This document shows positions 27,075 through 36,778 of a stretch of DNA of 64,000 bases, in pieces (within the stretch, counting starts at the first letter, position 1; each line of letters begins with the position of its first letter). This DNA is from Sedimentibacter sp. GTDB lineage: Bacteria > Bacillota > Clostridia > Tissierellales > Sedimentibacteraceae. The notes under the pieces were generated by a model. It did no database searches and had not been told where the DNA came from. It saw only the letters and a program-made list of their open reading frames with translations. A program made the translations under genes and the position numbers. The stretch spans positions 54,961-118,960 of the forward strand of contig DAMBZP010000008.1 of assembly GCA_032059885.1 (NCBI GenBank), written 5' to 3'.

Positions 27075-28061
27075 TTAATGTATAATTTTATTTATCTTTA
27101 TTACACCTTTGTTTTTTCTTGCTCCCCATTTTCCTTCAAACCATTTTATGTTGTCCACATTTACGTCTACATCAGAATTAATATTCTTATCCAGTATTAT
27201 CAAATCTCCTACCTGCATATTCACAACATCGTAGAGCGTAGCATCGGCCTTGCCAAGTATACCGGTTATTGTAAGTTTTGAAGATTTTATTGAACTCATT
27301 ATTGCATTCTTCTGCTGTTCAACACTTTGATCTGACTTCCTGCCACTGTTTCTGGATAAAGCATTTCCTTTTTTGAATATTTCATCTAAAACGCTTGAAG
27401 GTAAACATAAGGTAATTTTGCCGACAGACTGATTCAATGTTACATTTAACACTATTACAACCACCGTATCATTGTAGTTGATGGACTGCACAAATCTTGA
27501 ATTGGTTTCAATTTTTGTAAGCTCCGTTTCAATTTCCAGAGTGCTTTCCCATGTTGAACCCATTAGCTTCACAAGATTTCTGAGTATATTGTTCAGCAGC
27601 GACAATTCAATATCGGTATAATCCCTTATATGTTCATATTCCTTGCCTTCACCACCCAACAGCCTGTCAATAATCACAAATGACAAAGGTTTTGATATCT
27701 CCATTAAAATCTGGCTGTCGGAGGTTGTTTCATCGGGATATTTTACATCAATAAGCCCCATTAACACATAATCATCCAATGCATTGTTGTATTCGTGAAA
27801 TATACTTTCTTCCACCTGCTCAACGGTCACATCACACATCAGTCTCAAAATTGATGTCAATTGTGAAGTGAGCATCCTACAGTAATTTTCATAAATACCT
27901 TTTAGCAATTTTATGGTTTCTTTTGTTATTTTCTTAGGACTTCTGAAGTCATATTCCTTAATTTTCTTCTCGTTTGCTTCCAGTTCTTGTATATTTACAT
28001 CACCGCTGCTTAAATTGTTGAGCAGCTCGTCTATCTGGCTCTGTGATAATATCTCCGCCAT
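27075..28061 (-). CDS. fliM: flagellar motor switch protein FliM
   Basis: 328 aa. N-terminal CheY-P binding peptide LSQSQIDELL and the body of FliM. Confidence 0.93.
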   Translation of the reverse strand: MAEILSQSQIDELLNNLSSGDVNIQELEANEKKIKEYDFRSPKKITKETIKLLKGIYENYCRMLTSQLTSILRLMCDVTVEQVEESIFHEYNNALDDYVLMGLIDVKYPDETTSDSQILMEISKPLSFVIIDRLLGGEGKEYEHIRDYTDIELSLLNNILRNLVKLMGSTWESTLEIETELTKIETNSRFVQSINYNDTVVVIVLNVTLNQSVGKITLCLPSSVLDEIFKKGNALSRNSGRKSDQSVEQQKNAIMSSIKSSKLTITGILGKADATLYDVVNMQVGDLIILDKNINSDVDVNVDNIKWFEGKWGARKNKGVIKINKIIH

Positions 28062-28087
28062 ATCTTGCCCTCATTCCATAATTTTTG

Positions 28088-28900
28088 CTAATTAATGTAT
28101 GTATTTTTCTTATATTCTATATCATTATTGCTCGATTCTGATTTCTTGTCTTTATTTATTGTTTCCTGTATCTTTTTGGTATAGCTCAGAGGATAACCAG
28201 CTCTGCTTATATATATTTCAACTCTTCTGTTTTTAGCTCTTCCTTCCGGAGTATTATTATCAGCTATGGGACTGTACAATCCGTAGCCTATAGCCAGATA
28301 TTTTGCCGGATCAATTACATTTTTATTCTCCAGATATCTTAGTACCACATTTGCCCTGTCTGTTGACAGCGAGCGGTCTATGTCTGTTTTGTCATACTCA
28401 ACCTTTGCAGTGTGTCCGGCTATAATAACCTCTTCAACATATTCATCAACCAATGTCAAGCCATCCGCAAGAACATCAAGAATGTTTTTTCCGCTTTGCT
28501 CCAATATGTCACTGTAGCCTTTGAAGGTTACGGCATCGGAAAATCTGATGAACACATACTCCTGTGTTTTGCTCAGCTCCACCTGCTCGTTCAGGTTGTT
28601 TTCATCAATATATTGCTTCAGCAGAGTATACAGTGCGTCCATATTATCTGATTCTTCTTCATCCTCAAGCTCAGGCATTTCTTTCTGACCAACCTCATCG
28701 GAAGGCGACCCCTGAGAGTAAAAAACCTCAGGATTCATCTGCTTCGAAAAGGATGCCACTATTGCGGCATATTTTGCGGCATCTATGGTTGACATGGCAT
28801 AAAGCATTATGAAGAATGTTAAAAGCAATGTTACCATGTCGCTGTATGTTTCCATCCAGCTTGCCCCTACGCCAGATTCCTTTTTTTTATTTCTAGCCAT
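28088..28900 (-). CDS. motB: flagellar stator protein MotB
   Basis: 270 aa. WMETYSDMVTLLLTFFIML TM helix with the conserved Asp, plus a C-terminal OmpA-like domain (RANVVLRYL, NRRVEI). Confidence 0.9.
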   Translation of the reverse strand: MARNKKKESGVGASWMETYSDMVTLLLTFFIMLYAMSTIDAAKYAAIVASFSKQMNPEVFYSQGSPSDEVGQKEMPELEDEEESDNMDALYTLLKQYIDENNLNEQVELSKTQEYVFIRFSDAVTFKGYSDILEQSGKNILDVLADGLTLVDEYVEEVIIAGHTAKVEYDKTDIDRSLSTDRANVVLRYLENKNVIDPAKYLAIGYGLYSPIADNNTPEGRAKNRRVEIYISRAGYPLSYTKKIQETINKDKKSESSNNDIEYKKNTYIN

Positions 28901-28923
28901 AATAATCCCTACCTATTTTAATT

Positions 28924-29781
28924 TTACACATTGGCTTCCTTTTTCCTTCTCCTGCCTTTTCTGCCGTCTTTCTGCGCATCTTCCGGTGCTGCCACTACCG
29001 CTCCTCTTTCTTCATATGTTATATATGAATTGAGCTTTTCTCTTATGTATTTTGGATTTTCTCCGGACTGTATGGAAAGCACTCCCTCCATTATCATTTC
29101 CTTAGCAATCATTTCTTCCTCATGCTTTGCCTTTAAGCGGTTGGATATCGGAGCGCAAATCATGTTTGTGAGAACTGAGCCGTAAAATGTTGTAACAAGA
29201 GCAACAGACATTCCCTGTCCCAAAGAATCCGCTCCGCCGCTTACATTCATGTTTGCAAGCATATTTATAAGTCCTATTAATGTACCGAGCATTCCGAACG
29301 CAGGTCCGAAGCCCCCAAGTGTGTCAAACACCTTCCATGCGGACGCATGCCGGGTTTCAATGCAGTCTATTTCATTTTCTATTTGTGCTCTTACCTTTGT
29401 AGGCTCAATAGCATCTACTATGAGCATTACACAGTATTTCAAAAATTCATCCTGCACTGCCGTCGTATTTACTTTTTCCTCAAGAACGAGAAGACCTTTC
29501 AGCCTGGCTTCCTTTGCAAGCTCTTCAATTGCATCTATGTATGAATTGAGGTCTATCTTTTCTCTCTTCATAAGTACCTTCATATTTTTAGGTATGTCCT
29601 TGAGATATTTGACAGGAACCGACATAATTGTTGCTGAAATGGCCCCTCCGAATGTTATAAGCATGCTGGATACGTCTATAAAGCTGTTAATAACCTGGCT
29701 CACACTTGAGCCGCTTCCCATGATTCCGTAAATAACCAGAATGAAACCTGCCAGCAAACCTATTATAAATGATATATTCAT
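28924..29781 (-). CDS. motA: flagellar stator protein MotA
   Basis: 285 aa, four TM helices. GFGPAFGMLGTLIGLI and ALVTTFYG motifs. Confidence 0.9.
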   Translation of the reverse strand: MNISFIIGLLAGFILVIYGIMGSGSSVSQVINSFIDVSSMLITFGGAISATIMSVPVKYLKDIPKNMKVLMKREKIDLNSYIDAIEELAKEARLKGLLVLEEKVNTTAVQDEFLKYCVMLIVDAIEPTKVRAQIENEIDCIETRHASAWKVFDTLGGFGPAFGMLGTLIGLINMLANMNVSGGADSLGQGMSVALVTTFYGSVLTNMICAPISNRLKAKHEEEMIAKEMIMEGVLSIQSGENPKYIREKLNSYITYEERGAVVAAPEDAQKDGRKGRRRKKEANV

Positions 29782-29795
29782 GTTGCACCTCTTTA

Positions 29796-29993
29796 TTATT
29801 CGGCAGTTACGCCCCTTATGATTTTTTGGTTGTATTTTATGATTTTATTTATGATTTCATCTTTTGAATCCTTAACCAAGTAATATCTACCGGTTGTCAA
29901 AGTTATTTTTGTTTCCGGGATAAATTCTATTTTTTCTATCAGAGCCGCATTAACTAAAAAAACTTCCCCATTGATTCCGACAACTTCTACCAT
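29796..29993 (-). CDS. flbD: flagellar protein FlbD
   Basis: 65 aa. LVNAALIEKIEFIPETKITLTTGRYYLVKDSKDEI matches the FlbD pattern. It lies upstream of motA. Confidence 0.85.
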   Translation of the reverse strand: MVEVVGINGEVFLVNAALIEKIEFIPETKITLTTGRYYLVKDSKDEIINKIIKYNQKIIRGVTAE

Positions 29994-30029
29994 AACTCCT
30001 CCTATGTTTTTATAAAATCATTAATCATA

Positions 30030-30095
30030 CCCATAACTCTATTTTATGGGCATGATCAATATTTTTATTTTTAGCTGCCGCCATATGGCGGCAGC
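30030..30095 (-). other. two intercistronic stem-loops between flgE and flbD
   Basis: CCCATAA-N7-TTATGGG (30030-30050) and perfect GCTGCCGCC-ATAT-GGCGGCAGC (30074-30095). There is no U-tract after them on the minus strand. Confidence 0.6.
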
Positions 30096-30101
30096 ATTGC
30101 A

Positions 30102-30968
30102 TTATCTCTTAAGGTTTACAAGTTCTTCAAGCATCTGGTCAACTACGGAAATTATTTTGGTGTTTGCCTGGAATCCTCTTTGCGTCATAATCATATCGGA
30201 AAATTCATTTGCCAAATCAACGTTTGACATTTCAAGAGCGCCTGTAATAAGTGTACCTGTCCCCTTAAGCCCTGCTTCATGATAGGTAATGGTTCCTGTA
30301 TTATTACTTTTTACATAGTATGAATTCCCTTCAAGCACTAAAGCGTCCTGATTGGGTACATTTGCTATTGCTATCTGTCCAAGTTCAACAATTTGATCTT
30401 CGTCAGCTGTACCTTTTAATCCCAAACCTGTAATTGTTCCATCCTGATTAATTGTTATATTTGTATATTTTGACAAATCTACCTTTACGGCTTCCAGTGC
30501 AGATTCCGGAATATCACCGTCTGCGCCCACCTTAGATAAATCATTTACTCCCATAACAAGTGAACCGCTTGAATCTACCAGGTTGCCCGCCGAGTCAAAA
30601 TTGAATGCTCCATAACGGGTATAAAACTTTTCTCCGCTGGCATTTTGAACCATAAAATATCCTTCACCGTTTATGAACACATCAGTAGGCTTGTTTGTAG
30701 GCGCCCATCCGGAAATTGTATGGATTGTATCCACAGAACCCACCTGTGCTCCGTAACCTACCTGAGAAGCATTGGTACCTCCTCTGAGTGTTGGAGAATC
30801 ATCCGGTTTTGTAGGATTTTTTATCTGCTGATAATATACATCTCTGAACGTTACTCTCTGTGATTTGTATCCGTAAGTATTTACATTTGCTATATTGTTA
30901 CCTATTACATCCATCTTTGTCTGATGGCTTCTCATTCCGGAAACACCGGAATAAAGTGCTTTCATCAT
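30102..30968 (-). CDS. flgE: flagellar hook protein FlgE (short, Bacillus-like form)
   Basis: 288 aa. SGVSGMRSHQTKMDVIGNNIANVNTYGYK N-terminus and LEMSNVDLANEFSDMIMTQRGFQANTK C-terminus. It follows flgD. Confidence 0.85.
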   Translation of the reverse strand: MMKALYSGVSGMRSHQTKMDVIGNNIANVNTYGYKSQRVTFRDVYYQQIKNPTKPDDSPTLRGGTNASQVGYGAQVGSVDTIHTISGWAPTNKPTDVFINGEGYFMVQNASGEKFYTRYGAFNFDSAGNLVDSSGSLVMGVNDLSKVGADGDIPESALEAVKVDLSKYTNITINQDGTITGLGLKGTADEDQIVELGQIAIANVPNQDALVLEGNSYYVKSNNTGTITYHEAGLKGTGTLITGALEMSNVDLANEFSDMIMTQRGFQANTKIISVVDQMLEELVNLKR

Positions 30969-31049
30969 AATATTTATTCTCCTTTTCTTTTTTGTGACAT
31001 TGCCTGACCCTTCAAGAAATCCAGGTCTTAGCCTCCTGAAAAGGACCGG

Positions 31050-31442
31050 CTATTTTATAACGGCTCCGTCTATATTGGTAAATATATTTTCTTTTAAGTC
31101 ATCACTGTTCAATGCTGTTACAACCTTGTTGTTTCGTGTGTTTATTATGAATGCCTGATTGTCAATCATAACAAGCACATTCTTCAGACCCTTGTCTTTT
31201 GCCTGCTCTGCCGCCTGGTTAAGCCTGTCCGTCACATCTGCATCTACATCAATATTTCTTTCCCGTATTCTTTCACTTGCATGTTTTGAGAATACCACTT
31301 CATTTTCAGTGCTGTTCTTTAGCTTTTCATTGAGCAGCTCCTTAAATGCTGAATTAATACTTTCACTATTCTTCACTGCAGGGGTGTACTGGACATTATT
31401 ATCAAGACTGCTGAGCTTTTTTATAAAATTTATGTCTGTCAT
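31050..31442 (-). CDS. small flagellar-operon protein (position of the TIGR02530-type protein between flgD and flgE)
   Basis: 130 aa. FSKHASERIRERNI segment. Assignment rests on conserved position and my recollection of the family. Confidence 0.5.
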   Translation of the reverse strand: MTDINFIKKLSSLDNNVQYTPAVKNSESINSAFKELLNEKLKNSTENEVVFSKHASERIRERNIDVDADVTDRLNQAAEQAKDKGLKNVLVMIDNQAFIINTRNNKVVTALNSDDLKENIFTNIDGAVIK

Positions 31443-31454
31443 TTTTTCACCTTG

Positions 31455-31943
31455 CTAATCTTCTTCAGTCTTGGATCCTTCATCATTTGAATCATCTTCG
31501 GGAGGTTTTTCAACCGGTGGAGTTTCCTCTGTATTCTTTACTTCCTTAACTTCCATTATGTTTCCGTAGCCATATTCGTTGCCATTTATATACACGCCTA
31601 CCGATCCGTTGTAAAAAATGACTTTTTCTACAATACCTTCATCCGTTATAATATGCCCCTTGCTGTCATAATCTGCAACCACGACATTTTTACCGATGAA
31701 GTTTGATGCCTGCGACTGTAATGTAATTTCTTTCAAATCATTCATCGCCTGCAGTGATGAAAATTGTGCCATCTGTGATATGAACTCTGTGTTTTCCATC
31801 GGGTTCATAGGGTCCTGATTTGTCATCTGAACCATCAACAGATTCAGAAAATCCTGCATGTCCAGGCCTTCATTTGATTTCATGCCATATGTGCCGTCAG
31901 TGCTGCTTGTCCGGCTGGTGGAGCTATATGCGTTTATCTGCAA
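31455..31943 (-). CDS. flgD: flagellar hook assembly/capping protein FlgD
   Basis: 162 aa. DFLNLLMVQMTNQDPMNPMENTEFISQMAQFSSLQ is the FlgD signature. Confidence 0.9.
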   Translation of the reverse strand: MQINAYSSTSRTSSTDGTYGMKSNEGLDMQDFLNLLMVQMTNQDPMNPMENTEFISQMAQFSSLQAMNDLKEITLQSQASNFIGKNVVVADYDSKGHIITDEGIVEKVIFYNGSVGVYINGNEYGYGNIMEVKEVKNTEETPPVEKPPEDDSNDEGSKTEED

Positions 31944-31953
31944 AGTCTGCCTC

Positions 31954-33174
31954 CTATGTGTTTATTTTTATATTTCTTAAATTAATCATCTGTGAAAATA
32001 TTCCGTCTTCATCTTTATCAGAATCTTCACTGTGGTAATGGTAGCTTTCTCTGTTTCTCCCCTGCTGATTTGCATCATCGCTGTTCTGATGGCTGCTGTG
32101 CTGTTCCTGCTGGCCGCTGTCATGATTTTGAATGACATTGCGGTTTTCATATTGGCTGTCATTGACCTTTATAACAACATCGGCAGGTGTCTTAGAAGCT
32201 TTGTTCAAAATATCCGCAAGCTCTTGTGCATTGGATTGCAGTATCTTTTGTGTCTCCTTATTTGCAGCTTTAATTTCAACTGTTATTTTATCGCCTTCAA
32301 AAGCCATCTTTATGTCTACCTTCCCCAAACTATGAGGCTGAAGCTCCATAGTAACATATTTAACTCCAACGTCCGAATCCGGTTTATCTTCTGCCATAAA
32401 GACTATTTTTTCCTTGACCTGAGACAATACCTGCGGTTTTATTTCGGATGCTTCATCACTTACGGTAATGATTGTTTCTTCTTTGGACCTGTTATTCACA
32501 GAAAGAAGATTTGCTTTGAAATCAATCTCATTTTTGAGCTTGCTTCTGCTTTCTTCAATTTTTGTAATGAGTTTCTCTGCTGAAAAACTGTGTACATCTG
32601 TACCGGCTTTTATGGAAACTCCTGAATTATCCTGTGCTTTCATAACTGTTGACGTCTGTTGTCCGTTGTAAATTTCGCCCTGCCCATTATTCTGTGGCTG
32701 CTGATATGAAGTCAATCCTGTATATGGCTGTAAATATCCTGATACCGGCATATTATAAATCATGTTTTCCATAGGGGCCTGGGGATTTATTACATTTGAA
32801 TCAACAGGATTTAACAATGCTGCAATACCATATAAATCAACCGGCAATTTATCTGTTATATTTTTCTTATCAGATTCAACCGTACCAGTATTAACTTTTT
32901 CGTCTGCTGCAATCTGATACACATTGTCAGTATCATTTCTGTTTACCATACCGTTTGCTGCCAAAAGCATTAACATTTCAGTGTTTATCCCAGTATTTTC
33001 TGACTGGGAAAGCTGAGCCGGATTTTCATTTTCAAGCATCATCATTTTTAGCATTTTCAAAAAATCATTTTTATTAATTCCAGCCTGTTGATTATTACTT
33101 ATGGCTGAATATCCCTGAAGCTGTCCCGCAAGAACATTATTGAGATTCATGTTCATATTTGTATTCACATTCAT
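31954..33174 (-). CDS. fliK: flagellar hook-length control protein FliK
   Basis: C-terminal VTMELQPHSLGKVDIKMAFEGDKITVEIKAANKETQKILQSNAQELADIL is the Flg_hook domain. ATG at 33174 follows GGAGGT with 6 nt spacing, so I prefer it over the ORF-track TTG at 33192. Confidence 0.85.
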   Translation of the reverse strand: MNVNTNMNMNLNNVLAGQLQGYSAISNNQQAGINKNDFLKMLKMMMLENENPAQLSQSENTGINTEMLMLLAANGMVNRNDTDNVYQIAADEKVNTGTVESDKKNITDKLPVDLYGIAALLNPVDSNVINPQAPMENMIYNMPVSGYLQPYTGLTSYQQPQNNGQGEIYNGQQTSTVMKAQDNSGVSIKAGTDVHSFSAEKLITKIEESRSKLKNEIDFKANLLSVNNRSKEETIITVSDEASEIKPQVLSQVKEKIVFMAEDKPDSDVGVKYVTMELQPHSLGKVDIKMAFEGDKITVEIKAANKETQKILQSNAQELADILNKASKTPADVVIKVNDSQYENRNVIQNHDSGQQEQHSSHQNSDDANQQGRNRESYHYHSEDSDKDEDGIFSQMINLRNIKINT

Positions 33175-33202
33175 TTTCTCACCTCCTTTCAATGTATATT
33201 AT

Positions 33203-33655
33203 TTAAACTGCATACCTTTTTGTCATGCTGATGTTTGAAACAAACTCTTCAATGAAAATTTCTTCACTTTTTTCAACTGCCTTGCTGTGTTTCTCCAATT
33301 CTTTTTCCTTAAGCTTTTCAAGACTGGAAATCTCTTTATTCAAACTTACTATTTCCTGCCTTTTGCTTTCTATTTTTTTTATAATATTTTGTTTTTCTTC
33401 TTCTTTAATTTCTATTTGCTTAAAAATATCTTCCATAAGCATCTTATAATATGTCATTTCTCCTACAGATATAGATACACATGACTTTTTAACAAACTCT
33501 TCATTTATATTTCTGAACTGGTACTTCAGGTTATCAATAGCTGCTTCTGTATTTTTCAAATCATTGTTTAAGCTGCTTAGCTCAACCTTAAGGTTTTCTA
33601 ATATTTGTTCCTTAATTTCCAAAACCTTCTGTAATGAAAAACTGAACTTTTTCAA
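33203..33655 (-). CDS. fliJ: flagellar export chaperone FliJ
   Basis: 150 aa coiled coil. FSLQKVLEIKEQ start. It sits between fliI and fliK. TTG start with GGAGGC RBS. Confidence 0.8.
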   Translation of the reverse strand: MKKFSFSLQKVLEIKEQILENLKVELSSLNNDLKNTEAAIDNLKYQFRNINEEFVKKSCVSISVGEMTYYKMLMEDIFKQIEIKEEEKQNIIKKIESKRQEIVSLNKEISSLEKLKEKELEKHSKAVEKSEEIFIEEFVSNISMTKRYAV

Positions 33656-33698
33656 ATCGCGCCTCCTGTTTCAATATCCTTATAAATACAGCCGAGAA

Positions 33699-35009
33699 TT
33701 ATATCTCTTTTATCAGCTGAAGTGTTTCTTCAAATGAATATTTTTCATTTACTGCCTGAGTAAGAAAGCCATTAACCTTGTCAATCTTGCTTATTGCTTC
33801 ATCAAGCTTTGGATTTGTTCCTTTTTTGTATGCTCCTATAGAAATTAAATCGTAATTTGCATAATATACAGATAAAATATCTCTTATTTTTTTTGCACTG
33901 TCGCTGTGCTCTTTAGCGACTATATCATCCATTAATCTTGATATACTTGCATTTATGTCAATTGCCGGATAGTGATTGGAATTTGCGAGCTTTCGTGTCA
34001 AAACTATGTGTCCGTCAACAATTCCTCTGACTGTATCCGATATTGGCTCGTTAGTATCGTCTCCCTCTACGAGAACCGTATATATCCCTGTTATGGAACC
34101 GCCGTTGAAGTTGCCGCTTCTTTCCAAAAGCTTCGGCAGCTCCGCATATATGGAAGGTGTATATCCTCTTGAGACCGGAGGCTCTCCCGTTGCAAGTCCT
34201 ATCTCTCTCTGAGCCATTGCAAATCTTGTCAGTGAATCCATCATCAAGAGCACATCCTTGCCCTTATCTTTGAAATATTCCGCTATAGTTGTGGCAACCA
34301 AAGCACATTTCACTCTCAGCATTGCCGGCTGGTCAGAGGTTGCTATTACCAGGACTGAGCGTCTCAACCCTTCCTCCCCCAAATCCTTGTCTATAAACTC
34401 TCTTACTTCTCTGCCTCTTTCGCCCACCAGCGCAATAACATTAATATCGGCCTTTACATTTTTGGCTACCATTCCCATAAGTGTACTTTTACCTACGCCG
34501 CTGCCTGCAAATATTCCCATACGCTGCCCCTTGCCAATTGTGAGCAGACCATCTATTGCTTTTACTCCAAAGCTCAGGCTTGAGTCAATCCTGGGTCTTG
34601 ATAAAGGGTTTATGTATTCATTGTCCACATAGCAGTATTCATCGCTTACAAACTGCTTGTCTTCATCTATTGGCTGTCCTGTGGCATCAACTATTCTCCC
34701 TATGAGAAAATCTCCGACCGGAATCTTGAGCTTGTTTTTAGTTGATTTGACCATACTTCCGGGCCCTATGCCCTTAATATCCTCATAAGGCATCAGCAGC
34801 ACTCTTCCATCATTAAATCCCACAACCTCGGCTCGTACCGTCTTTCCGTCAGTATCTGTGTTTATTTCGCAAACCTCGCCTATCTTGTACTTGCTTCCGG
34901 TTGCCTCGATCATCATTCCCGATATTCTTTTTACCTTACCTATATTGGTAGAAAGATCTTCTTTAATCAATATTTCCTGAATATTTTTAAATCTGTCGCT
35001 AGACCGCAT
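33699..35009 (-). CDS. fliI: flagellum-specific ATPase FliI
   Basis: 436 aa. Walker A GIFAGSGVGKST and Walker B LLMMDSLTR. Confidence 0.97.
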   Translation of the reverse strand: MRSSDRFKNIQEILIKEDLSTNIGKVKRISGMMIEATGSKYKIGEVCEINTDTDGKTVRAEVVGFNDGRVLLMPYEDIKGIGPGSMVKSTKNKLKIPVGDFLIGRIVDATGQPIDEDKQFVSDEYCYVDNEYINPLSRPRIDSSLSFGVKAIDGLLTIGKGQRMGIFAGSGVGKSTLMGMVAKNVKADINVIALVGERGREVREFIDKDLGEEGLRRSVLVIATSDQPAMLRVKCALVATTIAEYFKDKGKDVLLMMDSLTRFAMAQREIGLATGEPPVSRGYTPSIYAELPKLLERSGNFNGGSITGIYTVLVEGDDTNEPISDTVRGIVDGHIVLTRKLANSNHYPAIDINASISRLMDDIVAKEHSDSAKKIRDILSVYYANYDLISIGAYKKGTNPKLDEAISKIDKVNGFLTQAVNEKYSFEETLQLIKEI

Positions 35010-35778
35010 TTTTATTTAGCACCATCTCTTTAAGATTTTTAAGCTGAGTGTTTATGCCTGCATCTACTATTCCATCCTGAGTTTCCACTATTGCGCTGCC
35101 TTCTTCCAGTTCTTCTGAAGCTTCTATCTTTACGTCATCTGATATTTTGTTTAACTCATTGATCAGCTTTTTGTCAGCCTGAACAGCAATAGCATCCTGT
35201 CCTGAAATGTACACCTTAATCCATTCCGCATTTCTGTAATCCTTGATTACATTTTCAATTATGGCTGCAACAGCACCATCCTCCGAATGAATTTTATGCC
35301 TTATGATTTTTTCGGCTATGTCAATGGCAAGCTTTGTCAGGTCTTTTTCATATTGTGAAATTATATCTTTCTTTTCTGTCTCTATTTTTTGCAGCATATG
35401 AGCAATCTCATTGACCGCAGCCTCATTTTGTTTTTTAAGAACCTCTGTAACTTCTGTTTTTCCGGATTCATAACCTTCAGTATAGCCTTGACTTTTTCCT
35501 GTTTCCATTCCGGAATTATATCCTTCTTTGTAGCCTGTTTCCTTGCAACGGGCTATTTCATCCTGAGCATTCTTTTTTGCATCGCTGATTATTTTTGATG
35601 CCTCATTGCTTGCCTCTTTTAAAATAATTTCTTTTTGATTATATATTTCATATAAATCTTCTCGGATAGTACACATAGCTTCGGCATTATGCTCTTCCTC
35701 TGGTGCGCCGGAATTCGACCGGTTATGGCAGTCATAAATCACATATTCGGCTTTGATTATATCAGACAATAATATCAT
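34999..35778 (-). CDS. fliH: flagellar assembly protein FliH
   Basis: 259 aa, E/K-rich coiled-coil centre. It sits between fliG and fliI with overlapping ends. Confidence 0.8.
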   Translation of the reverse strand: MILLSDIIKAEYVIYDCHNRSNSGAPEEEHNAEAMCTIREDLYEIYNQKEIILKEASNEASKIISDAKKNAQDEIARCKETGYKEGYNSGMETGKSQGYTEGYESGKTEVTEVLKKQNEAAVNEIAHMLQKIETEKKDIISQYEKDLTKLAIDIAEKIIRHKIHSEDGAVAAIIENVIKDYRNAEWIKVYISGQDAIAVQADKKLINELNKISDDVKIEASEELEEGSAIVETQDGIVDAGINTQLKNLKEMVLNKNAV

Positions 35779-36778
35779 CCTTTCCGCTCTTTGCTATAAC
35801 AAGCTCGCCTTCTTCCTCAAGACGCCTGATAACAGATACAATTCTTTGCTGAGCTTCTTCCACGTCTCTCAAACGTACATTGTGAGTATATTCCAATTCA
35901 GATTTGATTGTTTCTCCCATCTTTGTGGACATATTATTGAATAACATATCTGCAACTTCTTTGTTTGAGCCCTTGATAGCATATACAAGATCCTTGCTGT
36001 CAACTTCACGCAGAAACCTTTGTATGCTCATTGAATCCATAGTGACAATGTCCTCAAATACGAACATTCTCATCCTGATTTCATCTGAAAGTTTTGCATC
36101 CTTCTTGTTAAGTTCATCAAATATGTATTTTTCGTTGCCTCTGTCCATATTGTTCATAATATCGGCAACATAGTTTATTCCGCCTATTTCTGTAAAGTCT
36201 ACGGACACTATTGAATTGAATTTCTTTTCCAGCTCCTGTTCCACATACCTTATAATTTCAGGAGAAGTTCGATCCATCTTTGCAATTCTTTCAACCACAT
36301 CTATTCGTTTTTCTTTAGGCAAATCCGCTATTACCGCTGATGCCTGATCCGCTCTGGCATAGGACAGTATGAGAGCAATGGTCTGCGGATGCTCATTCTG
36401 AATGATTGCCAGCAGGTTTTTATAATCAGATTTTCTAACAAATTCAAAGGACTTGGTCCTCATTGTCTTTGTAACTCTTTCTAAAAGACTTGCTGCAATT
36501 TGTGACCCAAAGGCTTTTTCAAGAACATTTCTTGCATATTCAAAACCACCCTCGGTTATTACCTTTTGTGTCAGACACAAATCATAAAAATCCTTTAGAG
36601 TATTTTCCATTATCTGCGGACTTAGATGCTCCAGCCTGGATATTTCATATGTAAGCTGCTCAATTTCATCTTCCTTAAGAAATTTGTATATTTTGGATGC
36701 ATCATCTGCACCAAGAGAAATAATAATAGCCGCAGCTTTTTGTTTGCCTGATAATCTACTCTCTGCCATATTATTCAT
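35762..36778 (-). CDS. fliG: flagellar motor switch protein FliG
   Basis: 338 aa. LSGKQKAAAIIISLG, MFVFEDI and the C-terminal charged helix region. Confidence 0.95.
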   Translation of the reverse strand: MNNMAESRLSGKQKAAAIIISLGADDASKIYKFLKEDEIEQLTYEISRLEHLSPQIMENTLKDFYDLCLTQKVITEGGFEYARNVLEKAFGSQIAASLLERVTKTMRTKSFEFVRKSDYKNLLAIIQNEHPQTIALILSYARADQASAVIADLPKEKRIDVVERIAKMDRTSPEIIRYVEQELEKKFNSIVSVDFTEIGGINYVADIMNNMDRGNEKYIFDELNKKDAKLSDEIRMRMFVFEDIVTMDSMSIQRFLREVDSKDLVYAIKGSNKEVADMLFNNMSTKMGETIKSELEYTHNVRLRDVEEAQQRIVSVIRRLEEEGELVIAKSGKDDIIV

